Notes under the pieces: model-generated
Database searches by the model: none
What the model was told of the DNA's origin: nothing
What the model saw: only the letters and a program-made list of their open reading frames with translations
IMG/VR virus record: IMGVR_UViG_3300049455_000025
Span: 1-34,656 of that record
Source: a virus
Taxonomy: Duplodnaviria; Caudoviricetes
Direction: 5' to 3' (one strand)
Length of the DNA: 34,656 nt
In this document: in pieces, positions 8,971 to 16,985 of the stretch
Layout of the letters: every line of letters starts with the position of its first letter
Position numbering within the stretch: position 1 is the first letter of the stretch
Position numbers and translations under genes: made by a program

Positions 8971-9301
8971 CATGCTCAGTGCGATCAGCTCTGTTGCATG
9001 CAGCGTGCTCGATGCGATCACCACGTGCACGTGGGTCCACACGCAGGTCCACGCTGTGCCCTAGGTCCAGGGCCTGGCCGTGCAGCATGGGCTCGCCGCA
9101 CCGAGGACAGGGCCTGCCATACGCCAGGGGCAGCAGGGCCTCTCGCATCCGCACGTGCCCGTTGTCGTAGCCCCGTTGATGCCGGCTACCTCGACGATGC
9201 TCCATCGCAGAACGACACCCGGCACATCGCGTGCCCCTCGTCAGCTTGGTGCATGCCCTACCTGGTACCCCGAGGCATGGACGCAGGGGGCTGGCCACCA
9301 T
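8954..9301 (-). CDS. Packaging-associated HNH endonuclease
   Basis: RGS.HQRGY, CPRCG, LDLGH...EHAACN; immediately upstream of terS. Confidence 0.85.
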   Translation of the reverse strand: MVASPLRPCLGVPGRACTKLTRGTRCAGCRSAMEHRRGSRHQRGYDNGHVRMREALLPLAYGRPCPRCGEPMLHGQALDLGHSVDLRVDPRARGDRIEHAACNRADRTEHGHHAT

Positions 9302-9304
9302 GAC

Positions 9305-9433
9305 CTACCGCTTCGGGTCGGGCGGTGGGTCAGCTCGAGGTAGCCGGCTCGGCTTGCACCATGGGATCGGCAGGCGTCCATACCTACCACGACCAGGCCC
9401 GGTAGGCGTGGGTGCCGCAGCGTGCCCGCTCAT
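9305..9433 (-). CDS. Possible 42-aa Pro-rich micro-protein
   Basis: ATGA overlap with 9430-9549 ORF; fills the gap to HNH; MSGHAAAPTPTGPGRGRYGRLPIPWCKPSRLPRADPPPDPKR. Confidence 0.35.
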   Translation of the reverse strand: MSGHAAAPTPTGPGRGRYGRLPIPWCKPSRLPRADPPPDPKR

Positions 9434-9549
9434 GACCGCGTCGGGGGTGGTGGGTCGATCGGCTGCGAGTCGGGCTTGTTCGGTGGTGGATCGGTACGCG
9501 GTGGCCTGCTCGGTGGTGGTGTGCCCGTCGGTACCGTGTCGCCGGCCAT
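9430..9549 (-). CDS. Possible 39-aa Pro-rich micro-protein
   Basis: Strong RBS GGAGGTG before ATG; MAGDTVPTGTPPPSRPPRTDPPPNKPDSQPIDPPPPTRS. Confidence 0.5.
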   Translation of the reverse strand: MAGDTVPTGTPPPSRPPRTDPPPNKPDSQPIDPPPPTRS

Positions 9550-9599
9550 CGGTGCACCTCCGAGCGGCGGTCAGGCTCCGAGCGCTGGTCAGTTGTGGA

Positions 9600-9842
9600 T
9601 CAGGCTGCGCTGGATGCTTCGAGGCGCGGCGCCTTGAGTCGGCGGTGTGAGCGGGCCGGTTTGCGCCGCGTGTCCCGCTCGGCGGCGTCGACGTCCTCGA
9701 GGCAGACCATCGTGCCGTGCGCGCGGAGCTTCCGCCGTACGCCGTCCTTGTCGAGCCAGCCCTTGAACTGCCAGTTCTTGATCACGGTGATCGTGACGTT
9801 GGCCGAGGCTGCGGCGTCGGCCCTGGAAACGAAACCGTCCAC
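9600..9842 (-). CDS. Small MerR-like winged-helix DNA-binding protein
   Basis: VSRADAAASANVTITVIKNWQFKG...VCLEDV pattern; start inferred. Confidence 0.65.
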   Translation of the reverse strand: MDGFVSRADAAASANVTITVIKNWQFKGWLDKDGVRRKLRAHGTMVCLEDVDAAERDTRRKPARSHRRLKAPRLEASSAA

Positions 9843-9939
9843 CGCGAGCCACCCCCAAGGGCGTCCACGATGGACAGAGTAATGCGCCGCAAGCGTGTCA
9901 CGATCTTGAACGATCGTCAAGCAGCCCAACCACGACACG

Positions 9940-10125
9940 CTACGTGGAGGGTGTGACAACATCTCCGGCCTCGCCAAACGGCGCCGGGCCCTGACCGGTC
10001 ACCCCTCCACCGCACGACCGCAGATTCGAGCGCTCGTCAAGCTCGACGTACAGGTCAGCCCACACCAGCATCGCCCCATGCTCGGTGATGATCTCGGCCT
10101 CGCCGTCGTACCCGTCCAGACTCAT
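9940..10125 (-). CDS. Small hypothetical protein, possibly truncated
   Basis: ATGA overlap with upstream gene; MSLDGYDGEAEIIT. Confidence 0.5.
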   Translation of the reverse strand: MSLDGYDGEAEIITEHGAMLVWADLYVELDERSNLRSCGGGVTGQGPAPFGEAGDVVTPST

Positions 10126-11201
10126 GCCGTCATCCTCTCCTGAGCGGCGAGCAACGCCACCCAATCCGCATACTCCGTAGCCGTGTAATGCTCCCCGCAC
10201 ACACCGCACACCACGTCATCGGCGCCAGCCTGCCTAGTCAGCTTCGACCTCAGGTCGCAGCCGCGGCACAGCACCCCCACCATCAGTGCCGGCTCCTCCC
10301 TCGTCAGCCCCAGCGTCGACCTGGCTCGCTGGTGAAGCTTCGACAGATCCAGCACACCCTGCCAGCCGGCGATGTCCGACGAGCCCTGGTCGGTGCCGGG
10401 GTAGCACCACATCGTCACCGCTTCAAGCTCAGCGAGGAGCCGGACACGTGGAGCCAGGACCGTGACAGCGGCCTGGACCGCGAAGCCGTCCCGGACCCGG
10501 CTCGGCGCGTCCGACAGGCGGTCGCGGTCCCGGACCACATCCGCCCATGCCACCGTCAACCAGTGGATGTCGAGCTGCAGGTCCAGGACGTGCCCGGACA
10601 GCGGCAGCGGTTGGTCGTTGCCGTGCGGCTGGCCGTCACCCCACACACCCAGGGACGGTGGCAGGTGCTGCTCCAGGTCGCGGTAGTCCAACGTCAGCGC
10701 GCGCACGTCCCGCTCGGACGCCTCGAGACACCAGTCGCAGAGCGGCCACTGCGGATACGGGCGCTTGGTCGTGGGGTCGTAGGCCTTGCAGCCGCCGCGG
10801 CCATTCGAATCCGGTGAGCCGGCCATGCAGGTGCCGGTGCGCTCTTCGTCAGCCATCGGCCGACCCCTCCGCCCTCGCTGGGCTGGCATGCGCGACTTCG
10901 TCGTCATGGCCTCGAGCAGACCGCACTCATCGCAGCGCACCACCCAGCCCGAGGCGCTCACCCGGACGCGTGGCGGCAGCTTCAGTTCCTGCTCGCCGAT
11001 GAGCGCCGCCACGGTGACGCCGAGGCGGACGGCGATCGAGCGCAGCGTCGTCACGGTCAGGTTCTGGTTTCCCGTCTCGGCGTTCGCAATCGACGGTCGG
11101 CTGAGACCGACCGCCTTGGCGAGGTCGGCCTGGGTGACGTCAGCGGCGATGCGAGCGCGGCGGATCCGGTCGCCTATGTCGATCACGTACGGGTCAGCCA
11201 T
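10122..11201 (-). CDS. XRE HTH protein fused in frame to a Cys-rich (CxxC pairs) putative late-regulator-like protein; internal start at 10856
   Basis: IGDRIRRARIAADVTQADLAKAVGLSRPSIANAETG; second half has CDWC, CRGC, CGVC; internal RBS GGAGGGG plus ATG. Confidence 0.75.
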   Translation of the reverse strand: MADPYVIDIGDRIRRARIAADVTQADLAKAVGLSRPSIANAETGNQNLTVTTLRSIAVRLGVTVAALIGEQELKLPPRVRVSASGWVVRCDECGLLEAMTTKSRMPAQRGRRGRPMADEERTGTCMAGSPDSNGRGGCKAYDPTTKRPYPQWPLCDWCLEASERDVRALTLDYRDLEQHLPPSLGVWGDGQPHGNDQPLPLSGHVLDLQLDIHWLTVAWADVVRDRDRLSDAPSRVRDGFAVQAAVTVLAPRVRLLAELEAVTMWCYPGTDQGSSDIAGWQGVLDLSKLHQRARSTLGLTREEPALMVGVLCRGCDLRSKLTRQAGADDVVCGVCGEHYTATEYADWVALLAAQERMTA

Positions 11202-11496
11202 CGGTCAGTGCCTCCATCCTCGACACGATCAACTTCACAGCGATGTGCGCCGCGGCCCTCAGCGCCCGGTCGGTGGCCGCGAGGTCCATGCAGCAGTCCG
11301 GCGGACCGACGCACGCACACCCACCCGATGGGCCGCGCCGCCACGCCATCGCCTCGCCGAGGGTCACGCTGCCGGCGAGCCGGCGCATCTCGGCGCGATG
11401 CTCGGCGGCGAGCGCGGCGCGGTGCCGGGCTTCGTCTGCCAGCGTGCGTCGAGCAGCCCGGGCGGCCATACGTGCTTCCCAGCCCTCGTCAGTCAA
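11194..11496 (-). CDS. Hypothetical protein (CACVGPPDCC)
   Basis: Overlaps both neighbours in operon style. Confidence 0.65.
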   Translation of the reverse strand: MTDEGWEARMAARAARRTLADEARHRAALAAEHRAEMRRLAGSVTLGEAMAWRRGPSGGCACVGPPDCCMDLAATDRALRAAAHIAVKLIVSRMEALTDG

Positions 11497-11884
11497 CGGT
11501 TGCCTCGCGCAGTCCGAAGTAGGCGCGCACCAGGTTGGACCACCCCGACGGCTTCAGCCTCGGCTCCGTGCCCGTGTTCACGTACCGCGACACCGCCTGC
11601 TGGCCCACGCCCAGCATGTCCGCCATCACCTGCTGGACGTCGGCGCCCCGGCCACCCTGCCGTGTCCCGGCGAACTTCGCCACCAGCGCGCCGTACACCG
11701 CCGACACGACGTCACACGGGGCGCCGAGGTAGACCAGACGGTGCGTGCCGCTCAGCATGATCTCCGCCGGTGAGATGAGCCCGGTGACCGCGCGTTCCAT
11801 CACCAGCCACTCACCGTCCGGTGAGCCGTACAGCGACCGGCGCACCTCCGGTTCGGGGTCGGTCATCGGCGTGTCCATATCCAC
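11489..11884 (-). CDS. Protein with C-terminal HTH (start uncertain, 11866-11884)
   Basis: QQVMADMLGVGQQAVSRYV HTH pattern. Confidence 0.65.
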   Translation of the reverse strand: MDMDTPMTDPEPEVRRSLYGSPDGEWLVMERAVTGLISPAEIMLSGTHRLVYLGAPCDVVSAVYGALVAKFAGTRQGGRGADVQQVMADMLGVGQQAVSRYVNTGTEPRLKPSGWSNLVRAYFGLREATVD

Positions 11885-11969
11885 GGGAGGGATGGGGCGC
11901 TCGTCCCCAGACGGTGGGAGACGGTCACCACGAACGGGTGAACGTGTTGGTCTAGAGCGGTTTTAGTGT

Positions 11970-12001
11970 TTGACACTACGTGTGGTAGAGGCGTAGTGTC
12001 A
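11970..12001 (+). promoter_or_regulatory. Sigma70-type promoter overlapped by a perfect 10-bp inverted repeat (operator)
   Basis: TTGACA (11970-75), 18 nt, TAGTGT (11994-99); TGACACTACG-N11-CGTAGTGTCA. Confidence 0.8.
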
Positions 12002-12033
12002 TACACATCAGCCAGACGAAGAAGGGGCCCGAA

Positions 12034-12291
12034 ATGACCGCCACCATCACCGACATCCAGCCCGGCGACCTCGTCACCCTCACCGGAGGCGCCGTGGGCG
12101 AGCCGCTCACCGTCGACACGCTGACCGCCACCCCCGAGGGCACGCCGATGTTCCGCACTGAGGGCGACGACCGGCTGTACTACACCGAGCACGTGGAAAC
12201 GCTGACCCGCGACGGCGCCACCTACAGCCGCGAGGTCCCCGAGCCGTGGGACATCATGGCCGAGCCGCAGCCCTTCCGCCTCATCGTCTGA
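12034..12291 (+). CDS. Hypothetical 85-aa protein of an opposite-strand cassette
   Basis: RBS AAGGGG, GC3-rich codons, own promoter. Confidence 0.8.
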   Translation: MTATITDIQPGDLVTLTGGAVGEPLTVDTLTATPEGTPMFRTEGDDRLYYTEHVETLTRDGATYSREVPEPWDIMAEPQPFRLIV

Positions 12292-12470
12292 TGCCGCGCA
12301 CCGGACCACGCCGGGAGCTCGTAGCAGTGCGCATGCTCCCGGCCGCGATCGACCTGCTCGACCAGATCGCGAAGGACGAGAACATCCTCGACGAACGCGG
12401 ACGGCCGAACCGCTCCGAGGTCGTGCGCATGCTGTGCCGGGAGGCGCTGGCGGCACGAGCGCAGCTATAG
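12291..12470 (+). CDS. Ribbon-helix-helix (CopG-like) protein
   Basis: TGATG overlap; MPRTGPRRELVAVRMLPAAIDLLDQIA...NRSEVVRMLCREAL. Confidence 0.8.
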   Translation: MPRTGPRRELVAVRMLPAAIDLLDQIAKDENILDERGRPNRSEVVRMLCREALAARAQL

Positions 12471-12476
12471 AGCCCG

Positions 12477-12644
12477 TCATCGTCGTGTGTATATCCACGA
12501 CCACAGGGATCGCCGCCGGGGTTTCGGAGGTTCGATGAACGCGTTGCCGGTCATGTCGAGCGCCAGCATCGCCTCCATGAGCCGATCGGTGTCACCGAGC
12601 AGCAGCGAGGTGGTCTCCGTGTCGATGAAACAGAGCTTGGTCAC
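12477..12644 (-). pseudogene. 55-aa ORF beginning with a DnaQ/DEDD exonuclease ExoI motif, probable remnant
   Basis: My translation MTKLCFIDTETTSLLLGDTDRLMEAMLALDMTGNAFIEPPKPRRRSLWSWIYTRR; no ExoII/III motifs. Confidence 0.45.
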
Positions 12645-12787
12645 TTGATCCATGTCCTCTCACAGTGGTTGCAGCGGTAGAGCTTGCCCCGGCCGAGGTC
12701 GATGATCTGGCCGCGTCCGATCCACGACTCACCGGTGGCGTAGTCGTGGTGGAAGCAGCGGCGGCGTCTGAGCCATCGGCGGATCAT
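12641..12787 (-). CDS. 48-aa zinc-ribbon-like hypothetical protein
   Basis: My translation MIRRWLRRRRCFHHDY...LYRCNHCERTWIK; ATGA/GTGA overlaps at both ends. Confidence 0.6.
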   Translation of the reverse strand: MIRRWLRRRRCFHHDYATGESWIGRGQIIDLGRGKLYRCNHCERTWIK

Positions 12788-12963
12788 CCGTTGAGCCACG
12801 CGTTGAAGCGGTCGGCGGTGGCCAGCACGATGCCCGCCGTGTCGGCCGCGGGCTGCTCGTCCTTGGTCAGGACGAAGCGGATCGAGTCCTTGTGCAGCGC
12901 GCAGGCGAGGTTGAGCGCGTGCAGCCGGATGTCTTCCTCGGTGAGTTTCTGATCTTCAGTCAT
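12784..12963 (-). CDS. 59-aa hypothetical protein
   Basis: RBS AAGGAG; MTEDQKLTEEDIRLHALNLA...IVLATADRFNAWLNG. Confidence 0.7.
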   Translation of the reverse strand: MTEDQKLTEEDIRLHALNLACALHKDSIRFVLTKDEQPAADTAGIVLATADRFNAWLNG

Positions 12964-13192
12964 CGGTTGGCTCCTTAGTAGAGGAGACGGACGGGCCGCC
13001 GGGGTGGAAGGTCACGAGGCCATCGATCATCGACGAGATGTCGGTGGGCGGGAGGAACTTCACGAACGGCGGCCTACCGCTGCCCCGACAGGGCTTGCGG
13101 TGCGGGCCGTGATGGCGGATCGAGCCGTCGACCCTGACCAAGAACTCACCGAGGCATTCGCTGCATTTGTCCTTGCGAGGGTCACCGGCCAT
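12956..13192 (-). CDS. Small Cys/His zinc-binding protein
   Basis: CSEC...DGSIRHH...CRGSG; RBS GGAGG. Confidence 0.65.
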   Translation of the reverse strand: MAGDPRKDKCSECLGEFLVRVDGSIRHHGPHRKPCRGSGRPPFVKFLPPTDISSMIDGLVTFHPGGPSVSSTKEPTDD

Positions 13193-13367
13193 CTGTGACC
13201 TCCGAGGTGACGGGCGGGCGTGCGCACCACGGGCACATGTCCTTGCCTCCGGGCAGGTTGACCCGACCGCCGGTCTCCTTGATCGCTTTGCGGACCGCCG
13301 TTGCGGTCTTCCCGCCGTCAATCGCCAGGCCGCACGCGTCGCACAAGATCACGACCTCGATGCTCAT
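13182..13367 (-). CDS. Small CxxC-CxxC protein
   Basis: CDAC...CPWC; ATGA overlap, RBS AGGAGG. Confidence 0.7.
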   Translation of the reverse strand: MSIEVVILCDACGLAIDGGKTATAVRKAIKETGGRVNLPGGKDMCPWCARPPVTSEVTDGR

Positions 13368-13744
13368 CGGTCTACCTCCTGGGTACCGAGCCAGAACGCG
13401 GCAGCACGCCGAAGCTCACGGCACGGCATCGACGGCGAGCACGCACACCGCCACCCCGGCCGGTCGTCGCGGTGCTCGTCGAGCATCTCGCGGTACCCGG
13501 CCGCCAGCCGTAGCACTGTGGCCGGATCCCACCTGACGATATGGAGGGCATCGGCGGTCGAATTGAACACGGGCGCCTCACCGCCCCATCGGCCACCCGC
13601 CACCACGCTGGTGCTGCCATCAGCGCCGTAGATGGCTTCCGCGTAGGTCGGGTCATCGACGCGCCACGGGCCTGGCGTTGCAGCGTGCGCGACACGTTCG
13701 GCCTCGTCGAGGGCTTCGGTGAGTTGCTGACGGACGTCACTCAT
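13364..13744 (-). CDS. DUF6221/Ead-like phage protein
   Basis: AATPGPW, ALHIVRWDPATVLR, PCRELR motifs. Confidence 0.75.
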   Translation of the reverse strand: MSDVRQQLTEALDEAERVAHAATPGPWRVDDPTYAEAIYGADGSTSVVAGGRWGGEAPVFNSTADALHIVRWDPATVLRLAAGYREMLDEHRDDRPGWRCACSPSMPCRELRRAAAFWLGTQEVDR

Positions 13745-14094
13745 GCCCTCATCCCTCCATGCCGATATGGACGGGTGGCGTTGTAGGCCAGCTTCTCCGC
13801 GATCGCCGCGTCCAGGTCGATGCCCCAACGGCCGCACAGGTCCGCAACCCGGATGACGATGTCCGCCAGCTCGATCGGGATGCCGCACGGCTTGGGTCGG
13901 CCGTTGGTGCCGGTCTCGTAGTGGACCTCGGTCAGGCCGCGTCCGTGCCGGTACTCCTCGACAGCCTCGGCGGCCTCGCTCACGACGAGCATCAGAGCCT
14001 CGATGAAGGTCTTCTCCTGGCCTTCGTCCCACCATCCCCGGTCCCGGGCGATCTGGTGCGCCTCAGCTACCAGGGTGCGGACGTCGGCGGTCAC
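13741..14094 (-). CDS. MazG-like nucleotide pyrophosphohydrolase
   Basis: LMLVVSEAAEAVEEYR, ELADIVIRVADL, EKLAYNATRPYRHG. Confidence 0.88.
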   Translation of the reverse strand: MTADVRTLVAEAHQIARDRGWWDEGQEKTFIEALMLVVSEAAEAVEEYRHGRGLTEVHYETGTNGRPKPCGIPIELADIVIRVADLCGRWGIDLDAAIAEKLAYNATRPYRHGGMRA

Positions 14095-14345
14095 GGCGTC
14101 TCACCGCGCTCCCTGATACTCGGCCTGGTCGTCACGGCTGGCATGAGATCCACCTCGCGGACGTCTGCCAGGCGCGCCTTCCAGACGTGGACCTGTCGCG
14201 GTTCCAGGACGTTGCGGCTCATTCGGCGCCGCGCCACCTCGTTCTCGACCTGCTCGGCGATCGAGGGGTGGTCGGACGCGATCGCCGACACGGGCCACTC
14301 GGTGTCGACGGTCACGAGGTAGACGAACTCAGGCAGGTCGGTCAC
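14091..14345 (-). CDS. Hypothetical protein
   Basis: GTGA overlaps; MTDLPEFVYLVTVD. Confidence 0.65.
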   Translation of the reverse strand: MTDLPEFVYLVTVDTEWPVSAIASDHPSIAEQVENEVARRRMSRNVLEPRQVHVWKARLADVREVDLMPAVTTRPSIRERGETP

Positions 14346-14608
14346 TGTTGGTCTCCTATCGGTACATCCAGAGCCCGAGCGATAGCCCGGACCGTGTTGC
14401 ACGGGTACGACACGAACAGCGGGAAGTCGATCGAGTCGATCGAGCACGCCTCGCAAAGCTCGCCGAAGCCGAGCGCCTCGGTGGGCTTGTGTAGCTCCAG
14501 CACGGCGCGGGCCACGCCCATGGCCTTGTTCCAGTCCCGGACTGTCGGCCGTTCGCCGGCCAGATGCTGCGGCGTGAGCTCGATCAGCAGCTCGTAGAGC
14601 TCATCCAC
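14342..14608 (-). CDS. Hypothetical zinc-binding phage protein
   Basis: AVLELHKP...CEAC...YPCNTVRAI. Confidence 0.7.
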   Translation of the reverse strand: MDELYELLIELTPQHLAGERPTVRDWNKAMGVARAVLELHKPTEALGFGELCEACSIDSIDFPLFVSYPCNTVRAIARALDVPIGDQQ

Positions 14609-14789
14609 CAGACACCACCCTGACCGGCCGGTGCTGGCACGAGCAGTCCTCAGATCCCCGTACCGCACCGAGGTTGCGGGCGACGCAGCGGTCGTGGCCG
14701 CCGAGCACGTCGACGTCGAGTTGGTCGATCACGGGCACGTCGTCGTTCCAGATCCAGTCGGCTGCTGCCGCGCAGTCAGGGCAGATCAC
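14601..14789 (-). CDS. Small Cys-rich protein
   Basis: MICPDC...HDRC...CSCQHR. Confidence 0.65.
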   Translation of the reverse strand: MICPDCAAAADWIWNDDVPVIDQLDVDVLGGHDRCVARNLGAVRGSEDCSCQHRPVRVVSGG

Positions 14790-15076
14790 GGTGTGGTCCT
14801 TTCCTCGGTGCGCTTGGTCTTCTGGGCTGCGAGTACGGCGCGGGCCCGCCGCCGTCCCCGGTCCCACACCTCACGAGGCTGGTACTCCAACCGGTACGGG
14901 TGCTTCGGTACACCCGGCAGCGGGCAGGTGTGGAGCTTGACGACGGTCGGGTCGGGCTCGTCTCGGTAGCGGACGATCGCGTACCAGCGGCGGTCGGTGT
15001 GCCGCCACACCCACTCGAGGGGTTCGTTGCAGGCGGAGCAGGCTCGGGTGGTGGGAGGCTCTTCGATTTCGATCAC
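14786..15076 (-). CDS. Hypothetical zinc-ribbon protein
   Basis: CSACNEPLEW...HTCP; GTGA overlaps. Confidence 0.7.
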   Translation of the reverse strand: MIEIEEPPTTRACSACNEPLEWVWRHTDRRWYAIVRYRDEPDPTVVKLHTCPLPGVPKHPYRLEYQPREVWDRGRRRARAVLAAQKTKRTEERTTP

Positions 15077-15687
15077 GATGCCCTCCGATGTCGGAGTTCG
15101 ATCACGTTGTCCACAGGGCGTGTCTCGCGACGTGAGTGGTCGTCCTGGCGCAACTGATCATTTGGCGTGGGGGTTGTAGTGGCGTGGTCTTGGAAGGGTG
15201 GGTGGACATCTGGATGTCCAGTGATCGGGACACCCATGTCCAGTGATCCGCTGAACCAGTCGCCATCTGATGTCCAGTGTTCGCCCTCGTCGGACGGCTC
15301 GCCTTCACTCTGATCATGCGCCATCTGATGTCCACTGTTCGCGCGGTTATCCACAGCACCGAGATCAATGGGTCGGACCAGGTCGACGCGGTCGAGGATG
15401 TCCTCCGGCAACGCCAGCCGGTACTCGTCCGCCAGCCCTCGACGGCCGTTCGCCGAACCGCTTCGGGTCCGAACGATCAACCCGTGGCCGCGCAACGTCG
15501 CCAGGTGCCGGTCCACCTGCTTCAGGCTGTATCCGGACTCCTCAGCGAGCCGCTCACGGCCCGGCCGCACATGGGTGCCATCCAGGTCTGCGTACTGGGC
15601 GCACATCGCCGCCACGAGCTTCACACCGCGCGGTAGGGCCAGCCTGCGCACAGCGCCTTCCCACTCGTATCGGAACGCACGCGCCAC
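15073..15687 (-). CDS. Winged-HTH protein, replication-initiator-like
   Basis: KLVA...YAD.DG..VRPGRERLAEESGYSLKQVDRHLATLRGHGLI...YRL. Confidence 0.75.
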   Translation of the reverse strand: MARAFRYEWEGAVRRLALPRGVKLVAAMCAQYADLDGTHVRPGRERLAEESGYSLKQVDRHLATLRGHGLIVRTRSGSANGRRGLADEYRLALPEDILDRVDLVRPIDLGAVDNRANSGHQMAHDQSEGEPSDEGEHWTSDGDWFSGSLDMGVPITGHPDVHPPFQDHATTTPTPNDQLRQDDHSRRETRPVDNVIELRHRRAS

Positions 15688-15894
15688 TCAGTCCTCCCCC
15701 ATGTCCCCGACCACCCGAAGTGCTGCATCGACGTGCTGTCGTGTCGCACCGGACACATGCCACCGCACCCATTGCAGCGCCCCGTGGGCGACCGCCAGTT
15801 GCTGCCGGACCGTCGCTGCGTCCTCGAGCACCACGTACGCCACCGTGTCGACGTCCTCGAGCAGTGACCGTGCCTCGTACATGCCGGGCTTCAC
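15688..15894 (-). CDS. Hypothetical protein
   Basis: GTGA overlap; fills the operon. Confidence 0.55.
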   Translation of the reverse strand: MKPGMYEARSLLEDVDTVAYVVLEDAATVRQQLAVAHGALQWVRWHVSGATRQHVDAALRVVGDMGED

Positions 15895-16106
15895 GGTGTC
15901 TTCCTCGGCTGCAACACCACGTCCAGGCCGAGAGCGCCGGCGAGGGCATCCAAGGTGTGGATCAGCGGCTCACGCCTGCCCGTCTCCAGCAGCGAAAGCG
16001 CCGACTGGCCCACCCCGGAGCGGGCGGCGAGGTCCTGCTGCGACCATCCCCGCCGGCGCCTGGCCTCCCGGATCTGGGCGATCAACGGATGAACCCGGTC
16101 AGGCAT
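15891..16106 (-). CDS. XRE-family HTH protein
   Basis: IREARRRRGWSQQDLAARSGVGQSALSLLETGRREP. Confidence 0.88.
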   Translation of the reverse strand: MPDRVHPLIAQIREARRRRGWSQQDLAARSGVGQSALSLLETGRREPLIHTLDALAGALGLDVVLQPRKTP

Positions 16107-16314
16107 CGCGTCGCTCCAACACGACGTCGAAGCCGAGCAGACCGGCCCACCGCTGCAACGTCGCCATGTTCGGCCGGGACCGTCCCCGCTCCAACTGGCC
16201 GACATCCAGCCCTGTCCGATCGGTGATGTCCTTCAATATCCATCCCCGGCGGAGGCGCTCCGCACGCAGCTGCTCGATGATCGGATCCAGCGGCAGTGCC
16301 GGACGCTTAGCCAT
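16099..16314 (-). CDS. XRE-family HTH protein, paralogue of the neighbour
   Basis: LRAERLRRGWILKDITDRTGLDVGQLERGRSRPNMATL. Confidence 0.8.
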   Translation of the reverse strand: MAKRPALPLDPIIEQLRAERLRRGWILKDITDRTGLDVGQLERGRSRPNMATLQRWAGLLGFDVVLERRDA

Positions 16315-16744
16315 CGCTCACCTCACGGGTATGGATCTCCACCCGGACCGGTCGCATCGGGCTGCCGCAGCACTGCCGCTGCTCGAACGCCCGAGAGCCG
16401 CACTGGCACCAGAACGCGTTGTAGAACCACAGCAGCGAGTCCGGCGGTATGGCGGGCGCCTCCTCGACGGCGGCCGGAGCGGGCCCCTCTACCCGCTCCG
16501 GCATGACCTCGATCAGCCGTCGCCCATCTGGAACCACCTCCTCGACTGGTACGGGTTGCTCCACGACGGGAGCCGTCTCAGGTGCAACCGCCACCGGCGT
16601 CTTCGGCGGGAGGACCAGCAGGGGCCGCGTCTCGGCGAACTTCGCGCACGAGCACGACATGCACTCGCCGAGCCACACCTTCCCCGAGCGGACCTCGACC
16701 TTGTGGGTGTCCTTGACGTGCTTGCACCAGCAGGTGTCAGGCAT
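16307..16744 (-). CDS. Cys-rich hypothetical protein
   Basis: CWC.H...C..C.C N-terminus, Pro/Glu linker, CQC..CC C-terminus. Confidence 0.65.
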   Translation of the reverse strand: MPDTCWCKHVKDTHKVEVRSGKVWLGECMSCSCAKFAETRPLLVLPPKTPVAVAPETAPVVEQPVPVEEVVPDGRRLIEVMPERVEGPAPAAVEEAPAIPPDSLLWFYNAFWCQCGSRAFEQRQCCGSPMRPVRVEIHTREVSDG

Positions 16745-16985
16745 CGCCGACCTCCCGCCGGGCGAGCTCGACCAGGGCGAGACCGACCATCCCGCCGAGC
16801 AGGTGCGGGTCGCCGTCCGTCAGCTCGACGTGCATCACCGAGACCAGCGCAGCAGCCTTCGCCGGGCCGTGCTCCTCGAGCGCCAGCCGCGCGTCGGCGA
16901 CCGCCTCCATCAGCCCCGCCTTAGCCTGCTCGTACTGCTGGTCGATGCGGGCGATCATGTCGGGTGTGATCTCAGGCGTCACCAC
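16737..16985 (-). CDS. Hypothetical protein
   Basis: RBS GGAGGAGG; overlaps neighbours. Confidence 0.65.
   Translation of the reverse strand: MVTPEITPDMIARIDQQYEQAKAGLMEAVADARLALEEHGPAKAAALVSVMHVELTDGDPHLLGGMVGLALVELARREVGDA

Noticed and set aside
12530-12580. Portal-like L..TGNAF motif in the exonuclease stub
   Set aside because: Too short to separate from chance
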